Shown here: one piece after another, positions 63,363 to 64,000 of the stretch
Layout: each line of letters starts with the position of its first letter
How positions within the stretch are numbered: position 1 is the first letter of the stretch
Assembly: GCF_000143415.4 (NCBI RefSeq)
Contig: NW_003314331.1
Coordinates: 62,001-126,000, forward strand
Source of the DNA: Selaginella moellendorffii
Taxonomy: Eukaryota > Plantae > Lycopodiophyta
DNA: 64,000 nucleotides
Reading direction: 5' to 3'
The notes under the pieces: model-generated
What the model saw: only the letters and a program-made list of their open reading frames with translations
Database searches by the model: none
What the model was told of the DNA's origin: nothing
Position numbers and translations under genes: made by a program

Positions 63363-64000
63363 ATGTCAGATTTTGATATCCAAATTCCTGGCGCCTTCGG
63401 TGAGTGAGCCTTTTGCAGCGCTCTCAAACGATTTACTAACTATTCTCCATGCGGCAGACCCGTTCGCAGAAGCGAATGTTGATGACCAAGGAGCGGGGTC
63501 CAAAGAATACGTTCATGTTCGCATCCAGCAGAGGAATGGGCGCAAGAGCTTGACCACCGTCCAGGGCCTCAAGAAAGAGTTCAACTACAACAGGATACTC
63601 AAAGACTTCAAGCGAGTGAGAGCCCTTCTTTTCCTCTTTCCTTTTCGAGTGATCTACTTAAGAGCCTTCAAGTGAACTGGTTTTACTGTCTCAGGAATTT
63701 TGCTGTAACGGGACAGTTGTGGACGACACAGAGCTAGGACAGGTTTGTTTTTTTGCTTGTGTGTGGTTGCTGTTGCACGGATTCTGGCACTGAGAAGAAG
63801 TCGTACGTTTTGAATTTTTTCTCTCCTTTTTTTGCAGGTGATCCAGCTCCAGGGCGACCAGCGAAAAAATGTCTCCCAGTTCCTGGTACAGGTCTGTCTA
63901 GTAGCGTAGCAGTCCTATCGCTGAAAGTAATAAATTTTGTGCTGCTGAGAGCTTATAAGTTTCTCGACGTGGTTCCTTTTCAGGCTGGCGTTGCCAAGAA
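63363..64000 (+). CDS. eIF1: Eukaryotic translation initiation factor 1 (SUI1), 3' end beyond window
   Basis: MSDFDIQIPGAF|DPFAEA…HVRIQQRNGRKSLTTVQGL…|EFCCNGTVV…|VIQLQGDQRKNV. Confidence 0.95.

Overview
Eukaryotic plant genomic DNA. It is gene-dense with mostly ~50-60 bp GT-AG introns and PLS-class PPR genes, most consistent with a lycophyte such as Selaginella (inferred from style, not verified). Positions 1-48.8 kb form a dynamic duplication zone. It holds four malectin-like/LRR receptor kinase copies (three apparently intact, one pseudogene), a 2OG-Fe(II) dioxygenase, an unusual oleosin-like gene, LSG1 GTPase and two head-to-head PPR genes. It also contains deletion-riddled, partly inverted pseudogene copies, Ty3/gypsy chromovirus relics and a TRIM-like tandem array. 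Positions 48.8-64 kb hold a COPT5-like copper transporter, a single-DUF26 secreted protein, a U-box/ARM E3 ligase, DCP5, importin alpha-9-like, a candidate N-acylated protein and eIF1 (truncated by the window end). The most notable signal is a cluster of three small secreted prepropeptide genes at 53.0-56.7 kb sharing a (L/M)P(K/R)...PPSGPS core. Two of them end in an IDA-like 'CHN' plus a second C-terminal Cys, so they look intermediate between IDA and CTNIP/SCREW peptides, and their promoters carry W-boxes. Second most notable is an oleosin proline-knot protein fused to perilipin-like 11-mer repeats. All calls were made by eye, and exon and repeat boundaries are approximate.
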